Below, piece by piece: positions 44,006 through 53,016 of a DNA stretch of 64,000 bases. A program made the translations under genes and the position numbers. Within the stretch, counting starts at the first letter, position 1. Every line of letters begins with the position of its first letter. Below the pieces are notes generated by a model that made no database searches, was not told where the DNA came from, and saw nothing but the letters and a program-made list of their open reading frames with translations. Source of the DNA: Candidatus Aenigmatarchaeota archaeon (lineage in GTDB: Archaea > Aenigmatarchaeota > Aenigmatarchaeia > GW2011-AR5 > JACRAC01); NCBI GenBank assembly GCA_016187395.1, contig JACPJV010000033.1, forward strand, positions 2,151-66,150, written 5' to 3'.

Positions 44006-45193
44006 ATGGAGAAATTTACATTCGCCCACATGAGCGATGTGCATCTTGGCGTATGGCATGCGCACCCCGAGCTGCGAAGCCTTGCGCTGCGCGCCTTCGA
44101 GCAGGTCATAGGCACGATAATAAACCAGCGCTGTTCTTTTGCGATAATAAGCGGGGATTTCTTTGACACATCCATGCCCGGCATAGATATCGTCAAGTTT
44201 GCAATAGAGCAGTTGTTGAAACTGCAGGACGCAGGCATTCCGGTCTACGCAATAGCAGGCTCGCATGATTATTCTCCCACAGGAAAAACCACACTTTCTG
44301 TTCTTGAAAGCGCGCGCCTCCTTACTAATGTCCATAACCGTCTTGTGGATGATTCAAGAACAGGAGCGCAGATCTTCGGCGTAGAAGGCCTGCGAGGTGG
44401 CTTGGATAAGCATTTTTTCGAATCCCTCGTAGTTGAGGCAACTGCAAAGACAGGATTCAAAATCTTCATGCTGCACGCAGCTATCCGTGAATTCGCAATA
44501 CCCCAGATGCGCGAGACGTCTGTTCCGATAGAGAACCTCCCAAAGGATTTCGATTATTACGCCAGCGGCCATATACATGAGCGGCGCGTGGAATTTTATG
44601 AAAAATCCCCGTTGGTATTTCCGGGCCCCGTCTTCCCCTGCGATTTTACAGAGCTTGAGAACCTCGGGCATGGAAGCTTTTCCATCGTGACCGTGAAAGA
44701 TTCAAAGCCGTCCGTGCATTCCGTGCACATAAACCTGGCAGAGACGGAGATTGTAGAGATAAGCGCAGACGGGAAAAGACCGGAGCAGGTGGAGCAGGAG
44801 TTTGGGAAGGCTCTGGACAAAAACGACCTGAAAGGCAAAATTCTCCTCCTGAAGTCAAAAGGAGTGCTGGTGTCAGGGAAAGGCTCTGATATAAACTGGA
44901 AGGGAATCGGGGATCTGGCTGTTTCAAGGGGCGCTCTTGCAGTCAAGAGTTCGCTGCATATAACCGCCAGGGAAATGGAAGGCGCGCCTGTCCAGACAGG
45001 CGCGACCATCCCTGAGATAGAAAGAGCGATAGTAGAGAGTCATTCAGGCAGAGGCACGATGAAAAAGGACGTTGAAGCAGGCATCGTGGAAAAGCTCATG
45101 CACTCCCTTTCCATTGACAGGGGAGAGGAGAACAGGACTGCCTTTGAGAACAAAATAAAATCCGAGGCTAAGAAGATACTCGATATCGCCTAA
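44006..45193 (+). CDS. mre11: DNA double-strand break repair nuclease Mre11
   Basis: Phosphoesterase motifs DVHLG, GDFFD, GSHD and GHIHE. Confidence 0.9.
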   Translation: MEKFTFAHMSDVHLGVWHAHPELRSLALRAFEQVIGTIINQRCSFAIISGDFFDTSMPGIDIVKFAIEQLLKLQDAGIPVYAIAGSHDYSPTGKTTLSVLESARLLTNVHNRLVDDSRTGAQIFGVEGLRGGLDKHFFESLVVEATAKTGFKIFMLHAAIREFAIPQMRETSVPIENLPKDFDYYASGHIHERRVEFYEKSPLVFPGPVFPCDFTELENLGHGSFSIVTVKDSKPSVHSVHINLAETEIVEISADGKRPEQVEQEFGKALDKNDLKGKILLLKSKGVLVSGKGSDINWKGIGDLAVSRGALAVKSSLHITAREMEGAPVQTGATIPEIERAIVESHSGRGTMKKDVEAGIVEKLMHSLSIDRGEENRTAFENKIKSEAKKILDIA

Positions 45194-45202
45194 GGTGAAA
45201 AT

Positions 45203-47227
45203 ATGTTGCTGCAATATCTTGAGATGGAGAACGTCCGGAGCTACGTGAAACAGAAGGTGGAGTTCCCTGGCGGAACCACGCTTCTGGCAGGTGACATAGG
45301 CGCGGGAAAATCCTCGGTTCTGCTGGCAATAGAATTCGCGCTTTTCGGCATACAGCGCGGCGAGCTTTCCGGTTCTGATATCCTGCGCCACGGAAAAGAC
45401 CATGGATACGTGGAGCTCGGCTTTGACATGAACGGAAAAAGCGTGTCCATTCGCCGCGCTCTCAGGAGAAACAAGAAAGGCGTGGAGCAGGAGGAAGGAT
45501 GGATTTTTACTGGAGGCAGAAAGCTCCACAAAACCCCCCAGGAGATGCGCGCCCTTGTGCTTGAGATGATCGGCTATCCGCAGGAATACGTGACAAAGAA
45601 CCCGATACTTTACCGTTACACGGTTTACACTCCCCAGGACCAGATGAAATCCATCGTGTTCGAAAAGCCCGAGGAGCGAATAGTCATTTTGCGAAAGCTC
45701 TTCGGCATAGACAAGTACGGCACGATAAGAAGCAATGCATTAATTGCGCTTGTAGAATTGCGCGCCCTGAAGAGGGAGAAAGAAGCTTACGCGAAAGATC
45801 TGGAAGAGAAGATAAGTGAGAGGAGCGAGAAACAGTTGGAATTCAATGAAGCGAAAAAAGAACTCCAAAGCGCCAGTAAAAAACTCCTCGAAAATGAAAA
45901 AAATGCAAGGGAAAGGGAGGTGAAGCTGCAGGCAGCAGCCGAGGAGCTCAAGGCGCTCTCGCATATGGAGAAGACAATCAGCATACTCGAAGACCAGGCA
46001 TCGCAATTGGCAGCGAGAAAAGAGGCGCGCCTGAAGGAACTGCACCAGCTTGCACAGAGGGAGTTGCAGCTGAAAAAAGAAACTGTCCTGCCCCAGCGCC
46101 CGACAGAATCGACAGAAGAGGAGCTGGTGAAGAGAAGCGAAGTGCTGAAGCAAAAGAGCAGAGAAGTCCTCTCCAGGAAGTCGGTGATAGAAAGCGAAAT
46201 CAGGCGGATAACAGGGATAATGGAGAGGGGAATGTGCGAATTCTGCGGCCAGATAGTCAAGGATAAGAATCATTTCCAGCAGGAAATGGATGCAAGAAAA
46301 GCCATGGCAGAAAACATTGCCGCAGATGCAGAACTTCTTGAAAAGGAAGCAAGGGACGCAGAGCTGTTGATCAGCAGCATGAAAGACTACAGGTATGCGC
46401 TTTTGAACTACCAGAAAACCCAGCAGGACCTGCGCGACGTTTGGTCAAGGAGGCAGGCTGCGGAAAAGGAAGCCCGCGAATCGGATATAGCACTCGCTAA
46501 TGCACGCTTTCAGTCAGACCAGCTCCGCACAGAGGCGCAAAAGCTCCCTGAGATAAGGGAAAAGGAAGGCAGGGCAAGGAAGGAGTTTGCAGAGGCGCAA
46601 GCGGCGCATTTAGAAGCAGCGAAATCCTATTCCCGTCTTGATGCATCCGCAAAAGCAATGGAGATGCAAATAGAACTCTACGAAAAAGATATCGCAGGCA
46701 AGGAGCGGGCGCGAAGCGAGTCGAAGAAAACAGGGGAAGTAATTTCCTGGGTTGAAACATTTTTCCTGCCGCTCATGGAAAAAATAGAGCAGGCTATCAT
46801 GCACACGCTCCAGCAGGAGTTTTGCAATTATTTTCAGGAATGGTTTTCAATATTGATGCAAAGCGAGAACATGAATGTTTCTGTAGACCGTGATTTTACT
46901 CCGCTGATAGAGCAGCAGGGATATTCAACAGAATACCAGAACCTCTCGGGCGGCGAGAAAACCTCTGTCGCGCTGGCATACCGTCTTGCCCTCAACAAGG
47001 TGATAAATTCATTAGTGGAAAGCATAATGACCAAGGATCTTATCATACTTGACGAGCCTACAGACGGCTTCAGCGCAGAGCAGATAGACCGCATCCGCGA
47101 CGTGCTCCTGAAACTGAATCTGCGCCAGATGATTGTAGTAAGCCACGAGCCGAAGATAGACACGTTTGTCGATCACGTAATAAGATTCTACAAGGAAGGG
47201 CACGTCTCAAGGGCAGTCGCTGGATAA
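45203..47227 (+). CDS. rad50: DNA repair ATPase Rad50 (short form)
   Basis: Walker A GDIGAGKSS, a coiled coil with the CEFCGQ zinc hook, the signature LSGGEKTSVALA and Walker B LIILDEPTDG. Confidence 0.9.
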   Translation: MLLQYLEMENVRSYVKQKVEFPGGTTLLAGDIGAGKSSVLLAIEFALFGIQRGELSGSDILRHGKDHGYVELGFDMNGKSVSIRRALRRNKKGVEQEEGWIFTGGRKLHKTPQEMRALVLEMIGYPQEYVTKNPILYRYTVYTPQDQMKSIVFEKPEERIVILRKLFGIDKYGTIRSNALIALVELRALKREKEAYAKDLEEKISERSEKQLEFNEAKKELQSASKKLLENEKNAREREVKLQAAAEELKALSHMEKTISILEDQASQLAARKEARLKELHQLAQRELQLKKETVLPQRPTESTEEELVKRSEVLKQKSREVLSRKSVIESEIRRITGIMERGMCEFCGQIVKDKNHFQQEMDARKAMAENIAADAELLEKEARDAELLISSMKDYRYALLNYQKTQQDLRDVWSRRQAAEKEARESDIALANARFQSDQLRTEAQKLPEIREKEGRARKEFAEAQAAHLEAAKSYSRLDASAKAMEMQIELYEKDIAGKERARSESKKTGEVISWVETFFLPLMEKIEQAIMHTLQQEFCNYFQEWFSILMQSENMNVSVDRDFTPLIEQQGYSTEYQNLSGGEKTSVALAYRLALNKVINSLVESIMTKDLIILDEPTDGFSAEQIDRIRDVLLKLNLRQMIVVSHEPKIDTFVDHVIRFYKEGHVSRAVAG

Positions 47228-47239
47228 GTAAGTGATAGA

Positions 47240-47449
47240 ATGAAAATATACATTAGCTACATAGGTCAGAGGTGGAGGGTAAATAGTGTCGAGCCTGCTA
47301 TAGGCGCATGTTTCAAGGAATACGAAGTTCCGAGGGATAGATTCACAGCGGCATTACTTACAGCCCGAGAAATAGCATCAGACTATAACGCACGCAGACA
47401 TCGGCTACCTAGAGATGTCGAGAGCGATCTGCCTGACAAGCTAGTCTAG
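47240..47449 (+). CDS. small hypothetical protein
   Basis: 69-aa ORF directly downstream of rad50. Confidence 0.4.
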   Translation: MKIYISYIGQRWRVNSVEPAIGACFKEYEVPRDRFTAALLTAREIASDYNARRHRLPRDVESDLPDKLV

Positions 47450-47814
47450 TTCTTATTCCTTTCATTTGATTTCATGGAATTTTCAGATCTCTTGTAAATT
47501 CTTTTATCAACTATGGCCTCTTTTGCCAGAAATTCCCTTTCTATGTCTATTCCTAATTTAATGCCGACGGCAAAAACCATATTAATCACATCCGTAATTT
47601 CTTCGCCGATTTTATTGTTAATTTCGCGGTTTTGATCCACGTTCATTCCCGTCACCTTTCTGCATGCATTTACTAATTCCCCGACTTCCTCTGTAAGCAA
47701 TAAAAGTCTCTCATGCACCGTTTCGTCTGCAAAACCCCTCTGGTCTATTTTGTGAGTTATATATTCTTGAATGTGTCTGAGTGTTCCTTCTCTAAGTTTA
47801 ATGTCGTTCTGCAT
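47446..47814 (-). CDS. MazG-like nucleotide pyrophosphohydrolase
   Basis: LTEEVGELVNA and GEEITDVINMVF (the EExxE...ExxD pattern). Confidence 0.7.
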   Translation of the reverse strand: MQNDIKLREGTLRHIQEYITHKIDQRGFADETVHERLLLLTEEVGELVNACRKVTGMNVDQNREINNKIGEEITDVINMVFAVGIKLGIDIEREFLAKEAIVDKRIYKRSENSMKSNERNKN

Positions 47815-47865
47815 AACCGTTATTTGCTAACAAACCTTTTAAGTTCTAGACACTCTTGCATATAC

Positions 47866-48261
47866 ATGCAAGTATTCTCAATCAATTCAGTGGATGACTT
47901 AGATAAACTAAGCCACAAGGTCAAATGGCAGTTTTTTGAGAAGCTTGTGGCTTTTGTCTTCGAGCAGAACGGTTTTGCAGTCAGGCAGAACGTTGTTTTG
48001 CAGTTAGGAGGGACAAAAAGACAGTTCGACGTTCTGGCAGAGCGCTTCGGCATTTTATTCGCCATCGAGTGCAAGAAACAGAAGAAGCTTGCTGTAAGCT
48101 CTGCCATTGATAAGCATTTAGAAAGATGCGAGATGCTTGCTGAAAATTTCGGAAAAGAGGCCATGCCCCTGATCGTAACGCTTCACGATGAAATGACTGG
48201 TTCTGGCATTCCCATCGTCCCTCTCCTGAAGCTCAACGCCTTTATAAATGAAATTCTGTAA
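47866..48261 (+). CDS. PD-(D/E)xK restriction-endonuclease-like protein (Mrr-cat-like)
   Basis: FEKLVAFVFEQNGF...QFDVLAE...FAIECKKQ. The start was set at the internal ATG MQVFSINS. Confidence 0.6.
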   Translation: MQVFSINSVDDLDKLSHKVKWQFFEKLVAFVFEQNGFAVRQNVVLQLGGTKRQFDVLAERFGILFAIECKKQKKLAVSSAIDKHLERCEMLAENFGKEAMPLIVTLHDEMTGSGIPIVPLLKLNAFINEIL

Positions 48262-48269
48262 TTCTTTCC

Positions 48270-49508
48270 ATGAACATCCTCGAGAAAGCCTGCCTCATAT
48301 TGCAAAAGCCCGTTTGTGATCACTGCCTGGGCAGGCAGTTCGGCCAGCTGCTCAGCGGCACGAACAACGAAGAAAGAGGTACGCTATTAAGAAATGCAGC
48401 AGCTATGAGCATAGACAAGGAGAAATTAAATGAGGAGGATAAGCGGCTGGATTTGTCGAATTTTTCCGGGATTAGATTTCATTATCTGAAGGAAAAGATG
48501 CAGCAAAAGCCGTGCAGCGTATGCAGCGGCATCTTTAATGAGATTGAAAAATACGCAGGCAAGATTGCGGAAAAAACCAAAGGCATTGATTTTTCCACCT
48601 TTCTCATAGGCACAAAGCTTTCTGCACAACTTTTAGAGAACGAGGAGCAGCTCTGGGAACGCATAGGAATAGACTGGGCAGAGCAGCTTAAGGCAGAGCT
48701 GAACAGGGAAATAGGCAGAACGATTGAGAAAGCGCTGAGGAAAAAATTCAATCCAAAGAATCCGGACATCGCTTTTTTGGTTGATATCTCAAAGGGAGCA
48801 GTTTCTATCAGTATTAACCCGTTGTTTATTTATGGAGAATACCAGAAGCTTGCGAGAGGCATACCGCAGACAAAATGGCCTTCCGGAAAATACAAGACGA
48901 GCGTGGAACAGATTATCGCAAAGCCGTTTATGAGAAGAACGAGAGGAAAAGCGCACTCATTTCATGGAATGGGCAGAGAGGATATAGATGCCCGCTGCCT
49001 TGCCTGGAGGCCGTTTGTTCTTGAGATAAAGGAGCCGCAAATAAGGCATATGGACCTGAAAAAAACAGAGAAAGAAGTGAAAAAGGACAGAAGGGTGAAG
49101 GTGAGAAAGATGCGCTGCTCCGATATGAATGAAGTCCGCATGATAAAGGAGACGAGAGCAGACAAGACATACCTTGCAATTATAGAATGCAGGAAAAAAA
49201 TAGACAAGCTTCTAATCCGAAAACTGCCTTCTCTGAAGACAGAGATAAGGCAGCGCACGCCTGAAAGGGTCTTGCACAGGCGCGCAAACCTGCTGAGAAG
49301 ACGGAATGTGAAGATGATAACAGCCAGGCTTCTAAGCGCGAAAAAAATGCAGCTTAAGGTGAAGACAGACGCAGGCCTTTACGTCAAAGAGCTTGTAAGC
49401 GGCGATGGAGGCCGTACAAAACCAAGCCTTTCAGAATTGCTTCAAAATGAATGCGTATGCAAGGAGTTGGATGTGATAAAGATCGAGATTCCGAAGAGGA
49501 AAAAATAA
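48270..49508 (+). CDS. pus10: tRNA pseudouridine synthase Pus10
   Basis: N-terminal CDHCLGRQFG zinc motif, GREDIDARCLAWRPFVLE and C-terminal RTPERVLHRR...GLYVKELVSGDGGRTKPS. Confidence 0.9.
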   Translation: MNILEKACLILQKPVCDHCLGRQFGQLLSGTNNEERGTLLRNAAAMSIDKEKLNEEDKRLDLSNFSGIRFHYLKEKMQQKPCSVCSGIFNEIEKYAGKIAEKTKGIDFSTFLIGTKLSAQLLENEEQLWERIGIDWAEQLKAELNREIGRTIEKALRKKFNPKNPDIAFLVDISKGAVSISINPLFIYGEYQKLARGIPQTKWPSGKYKTSVEQIIAKPFMRRTRGKAHSFHGMGREDIDARCLAWRPFVLEIKEPQIRHMDLKKTEKEVKKDRRVKVRKMRCSDMNEVRMIKETRADKTYLAIIECRKKIDKLLIRKLPSLKTEIRQRTPERVLHRRANLLRRRNVKMITARLLSAKKMQLKVKTDAGLYVKELVSGDGGRTKPSLSELLQNECVCKELDVIKIEIPKRKK

Positions 49509-49758
49509 TTCCCGGATTGCAGCACCATAATCTTCAATATTCATTAGGCAGACACATCGAAAATCAGGTTGCCTGAAGGGTGGCTGTTTCCAGTGATGAA
49601 TCAAATTCTTGAGATGAAACAATCTGTCCCTAAGCCTCACTGATTGGTAGGGCTTCCTACTGAAATATCTTGTATGCGATGTCTGAAAATGTTAGAAGAT
49701 AGCAATATTCACAGAATTACCAATAAGAATAAATACTTATTGGACTTGAAGTTCTAGT

Positions 49759-50529
49759 ATGAGGTTTCCAAGCTATACATTATATGTAACTGTGGTGATA
49801 GTGGTTCTTGCAGCTGCAGCAGGGATTTTTGCACTTTCAATTCCTGGAGGAATGACAGGAACAGGAGGAGTGGCTTCAAATACAGCAGAAGAAGCATCTG
49901 CAAGCAGTCCAGAACCAACTGCTATCGAAGAACAGGCAGAAACGCAAGAGAATACACCAGTCCAGGAAACAGAAACGCCTGAAGAAGAGTCGCAAATGGA
50001 TTCCTTATTCGTCCCTGTAAGCGATCAGCCTGATCTGGCTGTTCTGAGCATAGAATATAAACCCCAGCTTCCTAAAACAACCGAACAGGTTACATTCACT
50101 GCTTTGATTCAAAACATCGGAGGAAAGGCTGCGCAGGTAAGAAGGTACAAGCTTCTGCCGCTTGTTGAAACAGCATCTGAGATAAGCTCAGCAACAGTCG
50201 GAAAAGACATATTGCAGCCAGGAGAAACAACCGAAATAAAATCGATATGGGATATTGATGTCACAGGAATCATAACAGTTGTAGCATCTATAGATGTATT
50301 CGACGAGGTGGCAGAATTCGACGAGACTAATAACGAATTAAGGATAAAATTCAGAATGCAGCCTGCGAACGGCTTTGTAGGATGCAGCAGCTTGAAAACA
50401 AATGTATGCGATTCTGTTTTGGAAGTGGAGCCTGCTTATTTCGAAAATAATCCTCAGTGTGCGCAGATAACCTGCGACAACGGCCCTACAGTAATGTGCG
50501 ATTCTGCCTGCCCGCACCCGAGGGAATAG
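49759..50529 (+). CDS. secreted protein with a CARDB-like domain and a Cys-rich tail
   Basis: N-terminal anchor/signal sequence, an acidic linker and DLAVLSIEYKPQLPKTTEQVTFTALIQNIGG. Confidence 0.7.
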   Translation: MRFPSYTLYVTVVIVVLAAAAGIFALSIPGGMTGTGGVASNTAEEASASSPEPTAIEEQAETQENTPVQETETPEEESQMDSLFVPVSDQPDLAVLSIEYKPQLPKTTEQVTFTALIQNIGGKAAQVRRYKLLPLVETASEISSATVGKDILQPGETTEIKSIWDIDVTGIITVVASIDVFDEVAEFDETNNELRIKFRMQPANGFVGCSSLKTNVCDSVLEVEPAYFENNPQCAQITCDNGPTVMCDSACPHPRE

Positions 50530-50595
50530 TGAAAATCTTTCTATATCATCATTATGGAAAACAATCTTATAAGCAGGCAAAATGCTCATAGTCAT

Positions 50596-51295
50596 ATGAC
50601 ACGAATTTTAGGGATCGATGAAGCCGGCAGAAGGCGTTAGCTATGACTAATGCTTGCCGTTAGGCGCAATCATCGGCCCTCTTGTTTTGTGCGGCTTTCT
50701 GGTTGAGGAAGAGGAATCAGACCTCCTCAAAAAAATTGGCGTGAAGGACTCTAAACAACTAAGCCCGCGCAGGCGTTCTTTTCTCTACCAGAAGCTGAAG
50801 AAAACAGGGCATGCAAAGATTATCAAGCTTTCTGCCTCTGACATCGACAGGCTTCGCACAGAGCAGAATCTGAATAAAATAGAAATAAGCCATATGCAGC
50901 AGATTGTGAACGCACTAAAGCCGGACATTGTTTTTGTAGATTCCGTCGAATCCAACACGGAGAAATTCTGCCATAAGCTGCTTGCAAAAATTGATGATAA
51001 AGAAAAATACGAGTACGGCAATAATTTCATCTGCGAGAACAGGGCAGACGTAAATTATCCGGTAGTAGGTGCGGCTTCAATAATTGCAAAAGTCGTGCGT
51101 GACGCAGAAGTGAGCAAGCTGCATAAATACGGCTACTTTGGCAGCGGCTATCCAAGCGACCCGCGGACGATGGAATTTTTAAAAAAATGGCTGTCTGAGA
51201 AAGGATCCATGCCGTCGTTTGCAAGAAGCTCATGGATACCTGCAAAGCAGCTGAAGAAAGATCATGAGCAGAAAAGGCTCGGAGAGTTTGCCTGA
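50596..51295 (+). CDS. rnhB: ribonuclease HII, reading frame interrupted (segments 50596-50631 and 50663-51295)
   Basis: The first segment reads MTRILGIDEAGR. The second reads GAIIGPLVLCGFLVEE...DSKQLSP...VDS...AASIIAKV. Joined, they give the canonical RNase HII N-terminus. Confidence 0.8.
50632..50662 (+). other. 31-nt insert in rnhB with stops in all three frames and a BHB-like fold
   Basis: The insert is aggcgttagctatgactaatgcttgccgtta. It is bounded by aggcg direct repeats and has an internal 8-bp hairpin (50633-40/50647-54). Confidence 0.7.
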
Positions 51296-51326
51296 TTATT
51301 TATACTTTGCTTTTGAAAGATAGCCT

Positions 51327-51593
51327 ATGGAACTTAGGCAGAGAAGGATCAACACAGCCATATTTGCAATTATAGGAGCCGTGGTGGGATACTTGTCATT
51401 TCTGATAAACTCCCCCCCTCTTTCATTGCTTCTGGCGATTGCAGTGATGGTAATCTCGGTCTTTGCTGTCAAAAAGATCTTCTCAATAAGCGAGAAGAAG
51501 TGGTGGTCGAGCCCTGTTGTTCTCTACATAACAACGTGGATAGTCGTATGGGCTATATTCTTCAACATCTATATAGTGCAAGCCCCTGTTTAG
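51327..51593 (+). CDS. small three-helix membrane protein
   Basis: 88-aa hydrophobic ORF. Confidence 0.55.
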   Translation: MELRQRRINTAIFAIIGAVVGYLSFLINSPPLSLLLAIAVMVISVFAVKKIFSISEKKWWSSPVVLYITTWIVVWAIFFNIYIVQAPV

Positions 51594-51657
51594 AATTGAC
51601 CGGGGTTTTCTTGTAATACTTTAATATGTTTCAATTCAATATTCTCAAGGTTATACC

Positions 51658-52965
51658 ATGCGCACGCATATGGCTTCTGACATGGCAAAAGAGAAGGACG
51701 GATCCAAAGTCATATTAGGAGGCTGGGTAGATTCTGTGAGGGAGCACGGGAGCCTTGCTTTTTTGATTATCCGCGACAGCAGTGGAACTGCCCAGATAAC
51801 CGCAAAGAAAGGCGCTGTTGACGGGCTAATTTTGAAAACAATAAAGAGCCTTGTGAAGGAGTCTGTTGTTCTCGTGGAGGGCGTCGTGCACAGAACAGAA
51901 AGGACAGAGCGCGGCGTGGAGATTGTACCGAAGAGGATAGAGATTTTAAGCGTCTCCGAGAAGATTCTGCCTTTGGACCCGAACGTCGAATCTGAGTTGG
52001 ATACAAGGCTTGATTGGCGGCCTATTGATTTAAGGAAACCACAAAATTTAGCTATTTTCAAAATTCAGGCAAAAATTCTGGAAGGTTTCGAAGGATACTT
52101 AAGAAAAGAAGGATTCATCCAGATTTTCACCCCCTGTATATTAGGTGGCGCTTCTGAAGGCGGTGCCGAGATTTTCAAATTGAAATATTACAAGACTAAA
52201 GCCTTTTTAAGACAAGATCCGCAACTTCATAGACAGCTCACATTAATAGGTGGTTATGATAAAATCTTTGATATAGGACCAAGTTGGCGTGCTGAAGAAT
52301 CCAGAACTCCGCGCCATTTATCTGAACATAGAGGAGTTGCACCGGAAATTTCTTTCATTAAGGATGAAACTGATATAATGAGACTTGAGGAACAAATGAT
52401 CGTGAATGCAATGAAAAAGGTGAAAGAAGAATGCGAAAATGAATTGAAAATACTTGGTAAAGAAGTCAAATTGCCAAAACCGCCTTTTCCAGAACTGCGA
52501 TTTCCAAAAATCTATGAAATTCTAGAAAATTTAGGAAAAAAAATCCCTTTTGGAGAAGATTATGACAGGGAGTCTGAAAAACTCTTATACGATTATGTAA
52601 AGGAAAAATACAAAAGTGAATTCTTTTTTGTTAATAGATTTCCATTCGCAGCTAAACCATTCTATGTAATGAAGGTAGACGGAGAACCCCAATGGGCAAG
52701 AAGTGTTGATTTGATTTTTAAAGGTATAGAACAAAGTTCCGGAGGGCAACGGGAGCACAGGCATGAAAAACTGTTAGGGAATATTAAAGACAAGAAAATG
52801 AAAATGTCAGATATAGAATGGTTTGTTAAGCACTTCAAATACGGCGTACCACCGCACGGCGGTTTTTGCATAGGCATAGAAAGATTTACTATGCAGCTTT
52901 TAGATATAGAAAATATTAAGGAAGCGGTTTTATTTGCGAGGACCCCGGATAGACTCATACCTTAA
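51658..52965 (+). CDS. aspS: aspartyl-tRNA synthetase (archaeal type)
   Basis: N-terminal OB fold (GWVDSVREHGSLAFLIIRDSSG) and class II motifs (FRAEESRTPRHLSEH, GGFCIGIERF). Confidence 0.92.
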   Translation: MRTHMASDMAKEKDGSKVILGGWVDSVREHGSLAFLIIRDSSGTAQITAKKGAVDGLILKTIKSLVKESVVLVEGVVHRTERTERGVEIVPKRIEILSVSEKILPLDPNVESELDTRLDWRPIDLRKPQNLAIFKIQAKILEGFEGYLRKEGFIQIFTPCILGGASEGGAEIFKLKYYKTKAFLRQDPQLHRQLTLIGGYDKIFDIGPSWRAEESRTPRHLSEHRGVAPEISFIKDETDIMRLEEQMIVNAMKKVKEECENELKILGKEVKLPKPPFPELRFPKIYEILENLGKKIPFGEDYDRESEKLLYDYVKEKYKSEFFFVNRFPFAAKPFYVMKVDGEPQWARSVDLIFKGIEQSSGGQREHRHEKLLGNIKDKKMKMSDIEWFVKHFKYGVPPHGGFCIGIERFTMQLLDIENIKEAVLFARTPDRLIP

Positions 52966-53016
52966 AGTTTATAAAATACAAATTACATAAAACTCTGAAA
53001 GAAAAAATAATGGAGT

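Noticed and set aside
49581-49600. tttccagtgatgaa as an origin recognition box (ORB-like TTCCAGTGGAAA).
   Set aside because: It is a single partial match with no inverted partner, no AT-rich unwinding element and no orc1/cdc6 gene nearby.
50626-50665. A strictly canonical BHB (3-nt bulges, cut after the second bulge nucleotide) for the rnhB insert.
   Set aside because: The strict rule would excise 29 nt (50632-50660) and leave an in-frame TAG. The frame-restoring excision is 31 nt and needs a 4-nt second bulge. Only a relaxed motif can be claimed.
50596-50680. Programmed +1/-1 ribosomal frameshifting or stop read-through to explain the broken rnhB.
   Set aside because: The 31-nt insert carries stop codons in all three frames (TAG 50638, TAA 50648, TAG 50661). 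No single shift can join the two parts. Only removal of the insert restores the motif.
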